From IMG/VR virus record IMGVR_UViG_3300028048_000054: 64,000 nt of DNA. The stretch is one strand, 5' to 3'. Position numbers and translations under genes: made by a program. This DNA comes from a virus (Duplodnaviria; Caudoviricetes). Shown here piece after piece: positions 45,627 through 54,750 of the stretch. The notes below the pieces were generated by a model. It made no database searches. It saw nothing but the letters and a program-made list of their open reading frames with translations, and had not been told where the DNA came from. The first letter of the stretch is position 1; each line of letters begins with the position of its first letter.

Positions 45627-46311
45627 GTTGGATTTAAATTATTTGGAGTTATTCAAAAAGAAATACGTTTATAGTTGCCCAGTGTGTGGTGGTAAAGACT
45701 CCTTCTGCGACTGCTGGAAACGCTACAATGAAGAAATCAAAAAGGTAGCAGCAGGTATTCCTGTCAAGTACAGAAAATATACCATCGATGATTTCACGCA
45801 CCCACAATTGGTAGAGCAAAAACAGTATATTCAAAGTGTGATAGCAGATTTTGACAATATACGGCTCAATGGGGACACCTTATACTTATATGGCTCGTCT
45901 GGTACCGCCAAGACTATGTCTGCGTGTCTAATAGCCGCAGAAGCCATTAGGAGAGGGTATGAGGTACACTACTATGACTCTATGCAGTCTATTGTTACCA
46001 AGTTGAAACAATCCTGGGCGGAAGATTCTACTGCTAACATCTTACGTGAAATAACTGCATCAGATTTGATTGTAATTGATAACATTGGTCGTGAGAACGT
46101 ACTCAACGAAAATGTTAAAAATGAAATTCTTAATATGTTCAAACAACGGTGCTACAACTGTTTACCAACCATTTTTATTGCGCCAGTTCCAGTGTCAGAA
46201 ATCCCATTGAAACTAGACAAAGATGTGGTAGAAGTATTTTTAACAAACTCCTTTAAGCAGGTTATGTTCAAAGGGTTTGATTATGCGAAGAAAGTTTTGG
46301 GAGAGAAATAG
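45616..46311 (+). CDS. DnaC/IstB-like helicase loader ATPase
   Basis: CPVC...CDC Zn motif, AGIPVKYRKYTIDDF, Walker A variant GSSGTAKT, LIVIDNIGRE, PTIF; start refined to ATG 45616. Confidence 0.8.
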   Translation: MLSKLDLNYLELFKKKYVYSCPVCGGKDSFCDCWKRYNEEIKKVAAGIPVKYRKYTIDDFTHPQLVEQKQYIQSVIADFDNIRLNGDTLYLYGSSGTAKTMSACLIAAEAIRRGYEVHYYDSMQSIVTKLKQSWAEDSTANILREITASDLIVIDNIGRENVLNENVKNEILNMFKQRCYNCLPTIFIAPVPVSEIPLKLDKDVVEVFLTNSFKQVMFKGFDYAKKVLGEK

Positions 46312-47631
46312 ATGGAACGGGACTTATTATCTTTACTGTTAAAAAATCAAGCAGTAGCAATTAAATGTTTGGAAGCAGGTATTAAATCTGTAATTTTTGA
46401 AAATATGCAGTATGCTATGTTTTTCAAAACTATTATGGCATACTTTTCAAACTACCGTATTATTCCAAATCAGGACACCTATATTAAATTTCTGGAAATT
46501 CTACAATTAGACCCAGAACTTAAAAAAGTATTGCCTGTTATTTATGTGGACGTAGCAAGTTACAATACTGACAAACAACTTGAATTTGTAATTGACTACT
46601 TAATCAAGCAATATAAAGCACGTTCAATTAAAGATTTATTACGCTCTGAAATAGATAACTTAAACCCTGATACTATTGAGGAATCATCAGCGACATTAAA
46701 CCGTGGTATATCAAAAATACGCTCGTTTGGTGTTATGGAAGGTTCCGAGGGTGACTTCAGATTCTGCGGTGATGAGGCCATAGACACTTATACCAAAGCA
46801 AAAACAACAGGTGTGGTAGGTCTTAAATATGGTTTCCCATCATTAGACATCAGAACTGGCGGTCAGGGTGTAGGTGAGTTATGGATTGTTATGGGTTATA
46901 TGAAAGCAGGTAAATCTACTATGCTTTTGAATATGGCCAATAACGTGTGGCACTCTGGTAAAAATGTGGTGTACTTTTCAGCGGAAGTATCAAAGAAAGT
47001 GTTAGACAGACGTTTGACCGCTATGAATATGTATGTGCCAATAAATGCCATTAAACAAGGTACACTTACAGTTGAAGATGAAGAACGTATGTACCAGTTC
47101 TACAATGACAATAAAAAAGTTAAAAATTCATTGTATATTGTAGACCGTGGTGCTATGACAACTGACTATATTCGTGCCAAAGTACAGGAACTAAAAGCAA
47201 TTATGCCAGTAGATTTAGTTGTGGTGGACTACTTAGGTATATGTCGTACAACCAACTGTAAATCCAACGCAAAGGAATATGAATATATTGGCCAGATTGC
47301 TTGGGATTTGCGCGATATTGCCAAGTTGGAACAAGTACCACTTTTAACAGCACACCAGTCAAATAAAGAGCACGGAATTTCCAAATCTATTGACGTAGGC
47401 CGTCACTGCGACTTGTTGCTACAAATCAAAATTACAGACGAAAACCAATTACAAGCAGGGTCTGATTTAGTTGATATGGAAGCAATTTTACAGTTGACTC
47501 GTGATAGTGCTGGTGGTACGTTCCCATTAGAAGCATCATTTTCATACGGTATCATTAAAGAACCTAAACGTATGGCACCTGCTTCTTTTGGTAATTCAGT
47601 GCCAGAGGGTGAAACTGATGCAGACTTTTAA
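46312..47631 (+). CDS. dnaB: DnaB-like replicative helicase
   Basis: GFPSLD..TGG, GYMKAGKS, YFSAE, VVVDYL, LRDIAKLEQVPLLTAHQ. Confidence 0.85.
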   Translation: MERDLLSLLLKNQAVAIKCLEAGIKSVIFENMQYAMFFKTIMAYFSNYRIIPNQDTYIKFLEILQLDPELKKVLPVIYVDVASYNTDKQLEFVIDYLIKQYKARSIKDLLRSEIDNLNPDTIEESSATLNRGISKIRSFGVMEGSEGDFRFCGDEAIDTYTKAKTTGVVGLKYGFPSLDIRTGGQGVGELWIVMGYMKAGKSTMLLNMANNVWHSGKNVVYFSAEVSKKVLDRRLTAMNMYVPINAIKQGTLTVEDEERMYQFYNDNKKVKNSLYIVDRGAMTTDYIRAKVQELKAIMPVDLVVVDYLGICRTTNCKSNAKEYEYIGQIAWDLRDIAKLEQVPLLTAHQSNKEHGISKSIDVGRHCDLLLQIKITDENQLQAGSDLVDMEAILQLTRDSAGGTFPLEASFSYGIIKEPKRMAPASFGNSVPEGETDADF

Positions 47632-48031
47632 TAATTTCTTCGTTGTTAAAAGTATGGAAGAATTAGAGTACCTAGATGGTGCTGAGTATAAAATTTGGAA
47701 CGATGACTATATTAAAGCAGCAGCATTTGCAGATGCCTCACATTATAGACAATTTCCAGATTTATTACGAAAAGCATTAGACTGGCGTATGACTTTAAAC
47801 GCAATGTATCCAAACGTACAACTAAAATGTTTGGCAAGTTATGGGTACTACAATAAAAAAGCATTAATGTATGCCGAAGATAGGTTTATACATCACTTAA
47901 TTCAGGACTACATTATTGTGAAGACAAATAAAGAAATAGAACTAGACGTACAACTCTATTGGCCAGAACAGGCTTATAGACAGGGGTTTAAAGATGCTTA
48001 TCGCAGACTATCAACATATAATGGCAAGTGA
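47618..48031 (+). CDS. Hypothetical protein
   Basis: Open frame packed between neighbours; start refined to ATG 47618. Confidence 0.5.
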   Translation: MQTFNNFFVVKSMEELEYLDGAEYKIWNDDYIKAAAFADASHYRQFPDLLRKALDWRMTLNAMYPNVQLKCLASYGYYNKKALMYAEDRFIHHLIQDYIIVKTNKEIELDVQLYWPEQAYRQGFKDAYRRLSTYNGK

Positions 48032-48593
48032 CTTACTAGATTTAGAAGACGCTGTGCTTGTGTATGATGAAAACTCCGAGGGGAACGCAACAAGGGGATT
48101 GAAAGGAAAGAGGGGAGTTCCGATTGACAGATTTTATGGGTTTGTAACATATAAACACTACACCAGAAAAGGAAGATATAGAACATCAATACCGTTTCCG
48201 TTGGGTGCTTATATTGAAGATGTATATGACGTTGAAATGTCTATGCTAAAAGAACGCATAGAGAGCAATCCAAACAAAACATTTTTCATAAACCCATTAG
48301 GTATATTTCTCAATAGTGGTATGGTATTCTTTCAATGTATAAGACCACGTATGCCAGAAGACTTGAAACAGTACAAGAACGTGGTGTTATTGTGGAACAA
48401 TATACCTAACTACAGAGAAGTACGTAGAAATCAGTTAATTCCAACTTCATATGGTAAGAACTTTACTTGGGCAGACCCGCCAGTACCATATTATTATTTG
48501 GAAAAAACTGGAAATTTTGTAGATATAAATAGATTAAATAATAAGCATATTCCAATTGACTTACCAGTTGGGGTATACATTAAGGAGAAATAA
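47994..48593 (+). CDS. Hypothetical protein
   Basis: 199 aa (alternative start 48021); no recognised motif. Confidence 0.5.
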   Translation: MLIADYQHIMASDLLDLEDAVLVYDENSEGNATRGLKGKRGVPIDRFYGFVTYKHYTRKGRYRTSIPFPLGAYIEDVYDVEMSMLKERIESNPNKTFFINPLGIFLNSGMVFFQCIRPRMPEDLKQYKNVVLLWNNIPNYREVRRNQLIPTSYGKNFTWADPPVPYYYLEKTGNFVDINRLNNKHIPIDLPVGVYIKEK

Positions 48594-50203
48594 TGAAGAA
48601 CGAAACATTATTTGGTGCCGAAGCAAGAGAGAAGTTGAAAGAGGGTGTTGCTAAAACTTATAAAGCAATTGCGCCTACTCTCGGACCTAAAGGCAGAAGT
48701 GCGATTTTAAGTTACGGCAAAAGATACAATTCCGTTACTTTAGATGACGGTGTGTCTATTGCTGACTTCTTGGTATTAGAAGACCCATTTGAAAATGAGG
48801 GTGCTAAACTGATTAAAGAAGTAGCCTCTAAAACAAATGATGAAGTAGGTGACTCTACTACCACATCTACCGTGCTGGCTTACAGTATGTTAGATAACGC
48901 ACTTAAAAACATTACAGCAGGTTCCAATCCTACTTTAATTAAGAAAGGTATGCAACGTGCTGTAAAATTCGTAGTAAGTGAAATTGAAAAGATTTCGTTA
49001 CCTGTAACTTCTAATGAAGACGTTAAAAAGGTGGCTACCATCTCTGCTAATAGTGCTGAAATGGGTGCCAAAGTAGCAGAAGCAGTAGAAGCGGTGAAAG
49101 GTGGTTTGGTATCAGTAGAAGAAGGTAACCAATTAGGAATCAACGTAGAAGTTGTAGACGGTATGCAACTCAGCACTGGTTTTGCTCACCCATACTTTGG
49201 TATTAAATCTGCCAATGGTAAGAGTGTGTTTAATAACCCCCTTATTGCCATTATTGATAGAAATATTCAATCTATGGACGAAATTATGCCAGTATTACGC
49301 TTGGCAAAAGATTACGGGCAACCACTGCTACTCATTTGTGAAAACATCCAACAATCTGCGTTGGCACTGGTATTAAAGAACTTCGTAGAAAGTCGTATTG
49401 AAATCTGTGTTGTTAAAGCCCCGTCTGGTGGTAATAACAAAAAAGAATTGATGGACGATATTGCTCTTTACACAGGTGGTAAAGTATTTGGTTCTATCTT
49501 TGGTGATGACCTTAAAAACTTTAATGCCTCTCACTTTGGTAGAGCAGAAAAGACTATGGTAGATGGGCAGTTCACAGTAATTCGTGCCAAACAAGACCCG
49601 AAGATTATTGAAGAACGTGTGAAATCTATTGATAATGCCTTGTTAGAAGCAAAAGGTGACCCATACCGCACAGAGCATTTGAGATTACGCCGTGCTGGTT
49701 TGACCTCTGGTATTGCGTTGATTAAAGTATGTGCTAAAACAGAAACTGAAACCAAAGCACAGATGGCGAAGTTAGAAGATGCTAAAAACGCTGCCATTAC
49801 TGCCATTAAAGGTGGTGTAGTAGCAGGTGGTGGTACGGCCTTTATGTACATCAAACAAAAACTTGAAGAAGAAATGAACAAAGAGTGGAAATCTCTGAAC
49901 AGTGATGTATCTTTGGGTATGGGTGTTGTATGTAATGCGTTAAGCAAACCTCTTTGTGTATTAGCAGAAAACACTGGCTTAAACGGTGAAACTGTGGTAG
50001 ATAAAGTGGCAGAAGGTGTAAAAACTAATCCAGCATTTGGGTTTAACGCTGATACAGAAGAATATGGTGATTTGATTAAGAGTGGTGTTATTGACGCTGC
50101 TAACTCAATGAAAACAGCCATTGAAAACGCAGTATCAGTAGTGTCAACGGTAATTATGACTGAAACTATCAGTTGTATTATTGAGGACGAAGAAAAGAAA
50201 TAA
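48593..50203 (+). CDS. groEL: Phage-encoded GroEL-like chaperonin
   Basis: TLGPKGR, DGVSIA, DPFENEGAKLIKEVASKTNDEVGDSTTT, VATISAN, VKAP, GVVAGGG, GVID. Confidence 0.95.
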   Translation: MKNETLFGAEAREKLKEGVAKTYKAIAPTLGPKGRSAILSYGKRYNSVTLDDGVSIADFLVLEDPFENEGAKLIKEVASKTNDEVGDSTTTSTVLAYSMLDNALKNITAGSNPTLIKKGMQRAVKFVVSEIEKISLPVTSNEDVKKVATISANSAEMGAKVAEAVEAVKGGLVSVEEGNQLGINVEVVDGMQLSTGFAHPYFGIKSANGKSVFNNPLIAIIDRNIQSMDEIMPVLRLAKDYGQPLLLICENIQQSALALVLKNFVESRIEICVVKAPSGGNNKKELMDDIALYTGGKVFGSIFGDDLKNFNASHFGRAEKTMVDGQFTVIRAKQDPKIIEERVKSIDNALLEAKGDPYRTEHLRLRRAGLTSGIALIKVCAKTETETKAQMAKLEDAKNAAITAIKGGVVAGGGTAFMYIKQKLEEEMNKEWKSLNSDVSLGMGVVCNALSKPLCVLAENTGLNGETVVDKVAEGVKTNPAFGFNADTEEYGDLIKSGVIDAANSMKTAIENAVSVVSTVIMTETISCIIEDEEKK

Positions 50204-50211
50204 TTTACACA

Positions 50212-50246
50212 GGGGTGGCTTTTATGGTTTCTTTTTCTGCCACCCC
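50212..50246 (+). other. GC-rich stem-loop after groEL (terminator or mRNA-stabilising hairpin)
   Basis: GGGGTGGC...GCCACCCC 8-bp stem with a 19-nt T-rich loop; no U-tract after the stem. Confidence 0.4.
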
Positions 50247-50257
50247 ACCCTATTAAA

Positions 50258-50638
50258 ATGAAAGTAAAAGCAAATTTATTTGTAGAAGGGGCAAGTGGAA
50301 AGATTCTAATAAAGTACGGGCAGGGTGGTTTAAGTTTACCAAGTATTTATGCTAGTGACGACCGTACATTAAAAGACCATTTGACAGATGTGCTTGTAGG
50401 ACTTGGTATAGGAGATGTTGTAGATGATGACATTGTACTATACAACTTTGATGATGTTGTTGACGGTGAACACATTATCTTTGTTACCTTTAAAGTACGC
50501 ACACGGGCAGGAAGTGTTCCAGAACACTTAAATTATAAGTTCTTGACATTGAGTGCCTTAAAGGATAGTTTGGATAAATTCGAAAATCCTTATGATTCCT
50601 TTGTAACAAGATTGTATATCTTAAACCCATATAACTGA
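50258..50638 (+). CDS. Hypothetical protein, possible degenerate Nudix fold
   Basis: VKANLFV...GKILI...GGLSLP...TLKDHL follows Nudix topology but lacks the REUxEE box. Confidence 0.35.
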   Translation: MKVKANLFVEGASGKILIKYGQGGLSLPSIYASDDRTLKDHLTDVLVGLGIGDVVDDDIVLYNFDDVVDGEHIIFVTFKVRTRAGSVPEHLNYKFLTLSALKDSLDKFENPYDSFVTRLYILNPYN

Positions 50639-50645
50639 GGTTATA

Positions 50646-52202
50646 ATGAAGACAGTAGATAGAGAAGACTTGATTAATGAGTTTGTGGGATTAGTAAAGA
50701 AGTATGCTAAAAAGTTTGGTTCCACCAACATTACTCGTGATTGGTGGAGAACTCAAACAAAGTATTCGGAAACAAAATGTAATGCTTTATTTGGTACATT
50801 TTCCAAAATGAAAGACATTGCATTTGAGTCAGCCGATATTAAAAAACGTGAAAATACCGAGATTAAAGTAAAGGGTAAATCAGGTAAGAGAACATATTTT
50901 GTTACCTCTGTTGTAGAGGGTGCAAAATTACACACGGGTTTTATGGCCGCTATTGATACGTTTTGTAAAACCAATGAGGCACAGCGTGTATTACTGTGGG
51001 TACGTGGAGTACACCCAAATGAAACTTTTACCTCTGAACAATTTACAGAATTTGGTACTGACCTTGTAACAGAATTTACTTTTAATGAAAAATTACAAGC
51101 AAAAGATTTTATGTTACACCCAGCCCAAATCCTTCCATTAACAGGGTTGAGCCGATTTGGTAATCGTGATGCCTCGTTAATCATTGCCTCAACTAAACAA
51201 CATATGACATCTGTGCCACGTGCTAAAGGAAACAGACCACATACATTATGGTCAACTGGTACAGTATCTATTCCCTCATATTCACCGACTCGTTCTGGGT
51301 CATTAGCAAATCAAGATAATACTATTGGTGGTTTAGTAGTAGAAGTAGAAGACCGTAAACGCTTTTACATCAGACCAGTTCAGTATAAAGATGGTGGCTT
51401 TATTGATTTAGGTGTTCAGTATTGCTCTGATGGTGAAGTAAAAATGGGTATTAAAGCCGAAGCCATTGTGTGGGGAGACCTACACCTTACCGAAGAAGAT
51501 AAGAGCGCAGTAATGGCCTCTATTGAACAAACTAACAAATTGTGTGCTCGTGCCGTAATGATTCACGATGTGTGTTCTTGGAACTCTGTAAATCATCACG
51601 ATATGAATAGTTGTATTATTCGTTCTGACGAAAGACCACATACATTACAAAGTGATTATGTGTACACAGCCACATTGTTAGACCAAATTCTTGACTCACT
51701 TGACACAGCAGATTTGTTTATTGTAAAATCAAATCACGACCTGTGGATTAAGAAGTGGGTTAACGCTGGTAACTTCTTACACGACAAGAACAACTCAATT
51801 GTAGGTGCTCAAGCCTTTATTGATTTTTGTTCTGGTGTGGACCCAATTGAGAAGAACGTCAGACTTTTGATGAAGAATAGAGACCGCTGTTACTTCTTAA
51901 AACACGAGCAATCTTTCAAAGTTGCTGGTTATGAGTTAGGTCAGCACGGTGAAAATGGTGCTAATGGAAGTAAAGGCAGTATTAAAGGGATTGGACGTGC
52001 TCACGATAAGATTGTAGTTGGGCACTCACATAGTCCAAATATCTTTTACTCGGCAATTCAAGTAGGAACCAACTCTAAACTTCAATTGCCATACGCACAC
52101 GGGGCTTCATCTTGGATGCACGCCAACTGTGTAATATACCCAAATGGCACTTTTCAATTGATAACTTTTATCGATGGGAAGTGGCACTTGACAAATGATT
52201 AG
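50646..52202 (+). CDS. Metallophosphoesterase-like protein, T5 A1-like family
   Basis: WGDLH, HD, SNHD, QHG, GHSHSP motifs with C-terminal QVGT...SSW...IYPNG...IDGKW; family assignment from recall of the motif pattern. Confidence 0.6.
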   Translation: MKTVDREDLINEFVGLVKKYAKKFGSTNITRDWWRTQTKYSETKCNALFGTFSKMKDIAFESADIKKRENTEIKVKGKSGKRTYFVTSVVEGAKLHTGFMAAIDTFCKTNEAQRVLLWVRGVHPNETFTSEQFTEFGTDLVTEFTFNEKLQAKDFMLHPAQILPLTGLSRFGNRDASLIIASTKQHMTSVPRAKGNRPHTLWSTGTVSIPSYSPTRSGSLANQDNTIGGLVVEVEDRKRFYIRPVQYKDGGFIDLGVQYCSDGEVKMGIKAEAIVWGDLHLTEEDKSAVMASIEQTNKLCARAVMIHDVCSWNSVNHHDMNSCIIRSDERPHTLQSDYVYTATLLDQILDSLDTADLFIVKSNHDLWIKKWVNAGNFLHDKNNSIVGAQAFIDFCSGVDPIEKNVRLLMKNRDRCYFLKHEQSFKVAGYELGQHGENGANGSKGSIKGIGRAHDKIVVGHSHSPNIFYSAIQVGTNSKLQLPYAHGASSWMHANCVIYPNGTFQLITFIDGKWHLTND

Positions 52203-52216
52203 AAATTTGGTATAAT
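52188..52216 (+). promoter_or_regulatory. Sigma70-type promoter, probably leaderless/near-leaderless
   Basis: TTGACA, 17 nt, TGgTATAAT; nearly identical to the 45265 promoter; ATG 52224 follows 7 nt after the -10 box. Confidence 0.8.
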
Positions 52217-52223
52217 TAGGATT

Positions 52224-52691
52224 ATGACGAGATTAGTGAGACCATCAATACTTCAAGTGTTAGAGGACTACGGATTGGAACAGAGACACGTAGGTAATAG
52301 TATCTTCACGTTCTGTCTGTGGCACCCAGATGGGAATACTCCTAATCTCTGCATATATCCAGACACAAATAGTTATTATTGTTTTACTTGTAAAGTTCAC
52401 GGAACAGTTGAAAATTTGATTGCCAAGTTGGAACATAAAACGTATAGTGAAGTGTGCAAAATGTTATATGGCAACAACTATGAGTTTAGAAAACTTGGTG
52501 ATGCTCCAAAACCATTGGAACCAGATACCAACTTTATGCGTGAGTCGTTGTCCAAAGAACTACGGGAATCTATACAGGGTAAAAAGATTGATTTAGACAG
52601 TGTACCATACTTAATCAACAAAATAATAACAACTAAAATGTCGTTAAACAATTACAAATTTCTACTGGAGGAAATCAGAAATGCCAAATAA
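52224..52691 (+). CDS. Stand-alone CHC2 zinc finger (DnaG primase Zn-binding domain)
   Basis: CLWHPDGNTPNLCIYPDTNSYYCFTCKVHG; no TOPRIM domain in the 155 aa. Confidence 0.8.
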   Translation: MTRLVRPSILQVLEDYGLEQRHVGNSIFTFCLWHPDGNTPNLCIYPDTNSYYCFTCKVHGTVENLIAKLEHKTYSEVCKMLYGNNYEFRKLGDAPKPLEPDTNFMRESLSKELRESIQGKKIDLDSVPYLINKIITTKMSLNNYKFLLEEIRNAK

Positions 52692-52992
52692 AAAAGAAAC
52701 TAAACAGTACGCAGCAGAACCGCTTACTGAAGTTCCAGAAATGAAAGCACTTATGGAACAAAAAGCAGCAGAGATTAAACCTTACACTATTGAGAAAATT
52801 ACTCGTTCGTGTGACCGTTCAATTTCTGTAAATTATCAGACCTACAAAGTATCTACTATCTTGTCGGCCACAGTGAATAAACAAGATGCTACACAAGAAG
52901 AGTTAGATGCTATGAGTCGTGAAATTTATGCTCAAGCGGAAAAACAGACATTAGAAGAAATTAACAAAATTGCGAAAGCATTAGGACGTTAA
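52681..52992 (+). CDS. Hypothetical protein
   Basis: 103 aa, GGAGG SD. Confidence 0.55.
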   Translation: MPNKKETKQYAAEPLTEVPEMKALMEQKAAEIKPYTIEKITRSCDRSISVNYQTYKVSTILSATVNKQDATQEELDAMSREIYAQAEKQTLEEINKIAKALGR

Positions 52993-52993
52993 A

Positions 52994-53647
52994 ATGGGAA
53001 CATTTGATAGCATTAATAATCAGTTAGGGTTGCGTAAAGGTTATGAGGGAACTCAACAACCAGCACCAACCACACCTGTAACCAAAATCACACCAGTTCA
53101 ACAATTACAAGACCCCTGGGTTAAAGGAGTTGCTGAAATGGTACAAATGCTAAAATCGAAAAGTGACTTTGGTCAAGTATCAGACGTACTATTTCGTATT
53201 CCAGTGCTTATTAATGGCGCAATTGAAATCTGGGAGTATGACACCACAAAAGAACGTGATATTTCCCAGCAGAACTTTCAACAGCACGTTATTAACATTG
53301 CTGACACCATTAGTAAGTGGCATCTAGCATCTCAAATTTACAATGAGATTATAGAGTTGCGACAGATGGAATATGATAACTGGAGAGCCAAATCAATGTA
53401 TATTCTCCGTCAACAACACGCCAGTGACAAGAAACTCTCAACTGAATCTGCCATTAAAGAGTTGTTTATTATGGAAAATGAAATGATTGACACTCCAAAA
53501 CGCATTGAACTTATGTATCTTAATGGTACAAAAAGTGTAATCGACAATGCAATTCTCAAGAGTTTGTATGAGAAATCCAAACACTTGATTACAATCGGTC
53601 TCCAATACAGAGCCGAATTTAATAGTCAGACAACGATAAGGTATTAA
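52994..53647 (+). CDS. Hypothetical protein, possible UvsY-like recombination mediator
   Basis: Helical C-terminal half (MEYDNWRAK...KKLSTESAIKELF) and position near SSB/RecA. Confidence 0.35.
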   Translation: MGTFDSINNQLGLRKGYEGTQQPAPTTPVTKITPVQQLQDPWVKGVAEMVQMLKSKSDFGQVSDVLFRIPVLINGAIEIWEYDTTKERDISQQNFQQHVINIADTISKWHLASQIYNEIIELRQMEYDNWRAKSMYILRQQHASDKKLSTESAIKELFIMENEMIDTPKRIELMYLNGTKSVIDNAILKSLYEKSKHLITIGLQYRAEFNSQTTIRY

Positions 53648-53648
53648 A

Positions 53649-54446
53649 ATGACAACACAAAATACACAAAATCAACAACGCAAGCCCATATTCTACGGAG
53701 ATTTACCTCAAGCAGAGTATGATGCAGTATTGGTAAAAGTGACCCCTATGGCACCTAAACCAAATATGACCCCGTCAGTTAAAGTAGACTTTTTAATTGA
53801 CTTCCCTGAAGCAGTAGCATTTGTATCAGGGTTTATGAACCAAACCTTCAAATCTGGTGATAAAACCGCAACTTGGTTGAAGAACTTAGGTATTTCTGCC
53901 CCTAATGGCATTACACCTTTGGACCAGTTAAAAGGGAAAAAATGTAAAATTTACGTGGTCCCTGGAAACAAAGTGTTCAGCCAAAAATATGGTAAAGAAA
54001 TTCAATACTATAAAATTGCGGCCTTAACACCTGCTAACAGCGTGGTTCCTCAAGTAATTGGTTCTGCCCCTCAAGCACAAGTAGCACAACCTGCTCCTGT
54101 TCAACAAGTGGCACAACCAGTAGTTCAACCTGTTGTACAACCTATGACACAACCTGTTGCGAACAATCCGTTTGTGACTCAAACTGTACCTGCTGCTCAA
54201 CCAGTATATGCAGTTCCACAAGCACAACCTACGGTACAACCTCAACCTGTAGTAGTACCTCAAGGTAACAATATGGCAGCACAGTTGGCTCAAGTTGCAC
54301 AAACTGCAATACAAGCGTCAGCAACTCAACCTGTTCCGCAACAAATTCAACAACAAGTTGCTCAATCTTTACAGGCACAACCAGCACCTGTGGCTCAACC
54401 TGTGGCTCAACCATTGCCTAACACTACTGTAAGTTTGGATTTCTAA
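53649..54446 (+). CDS. Putative single-stranded DNA-binding protein
   Basis: OB-like N-terminal ~130 aa (LPQAEYDAVLVKV...LKGKKCKIYV), long Q/P/V/A linker, C-terminal SLDF tip; near recA. Confidence 0.55.
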   Translation: MTTQNTQNQQRKPIFYGDLPQAEYDAVLVKVTPMAPKPNMTPSVKVDFLIDFPEAVAFVSGFMNQTFKSGDKTATWLKNLGISAPNGITPLDQLKGKKCKIYVVPGNKVFSQKYGKEIQYYKIAALTPANSVVPQVIGSAPQAQVAQPAPVQQVAQPVVQPVVQPMTQPVANNPFVTQTVPAAQPVYAVPQAQPTVQPQPVVVPQGNNMAAQLAQVAQTAIQASATQPVPQQIQQQVAQSLQAQPAPVAQPVAQPLPNTTVSLDF

Positions 54447-54447
54447 T

Positions 54448-54750
54448 ATGCCGAAAACAGCACAAGACTTAGTCAATGAATGGTTGAATAAAGAGATTGA
54501 CGTTGAGATTAAAACAGTAGATGACGAACAGTTATTTACATTAGTTTTAGCCCAAATGTTAGTTGATTGTTACAACGAACCACAATTCAAACAGTGGTTA
54601 AATTCGGACGACCTGAAAGATAAAATGAAAGCAGGTGTGTCCCTAGCCAGACCAATTTTGTGTTCTTATATGTTCGCAAAAGCAAATCAGGCCGAAATGA
54701 GAGAGACAGTTAAAGATGAGCAATCTGGACAAGATTTTATCAAGTCTTAA
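54448..54750 (+). CDS. Hypothetical protein
   Basis: 100 aa ORF filling the gap before recA. Confidence 0.5.
   Translation: MPKTAQDLVNEWLNKEIDVEIKTVDDEQLFTLVLAQMLVDCYNEPQFKQWLNSDDLKDKMKAGVSLARPILCSYMFAKANQAEMRETVKDEQSGQDFIKS

Noticed and set aside
48573-48594. GTATACAT upstream of groEL as a fifth late-promoter copy
   Set aside because: The second half (ATTWAGTG at the fixed spacing) is absent.
54060-54420. CAACCTGT-type repeats as iterons or an array
   Set aside because: They are explained by the QPV/AQP low-complexity protein linker, with variation at third codon positions.
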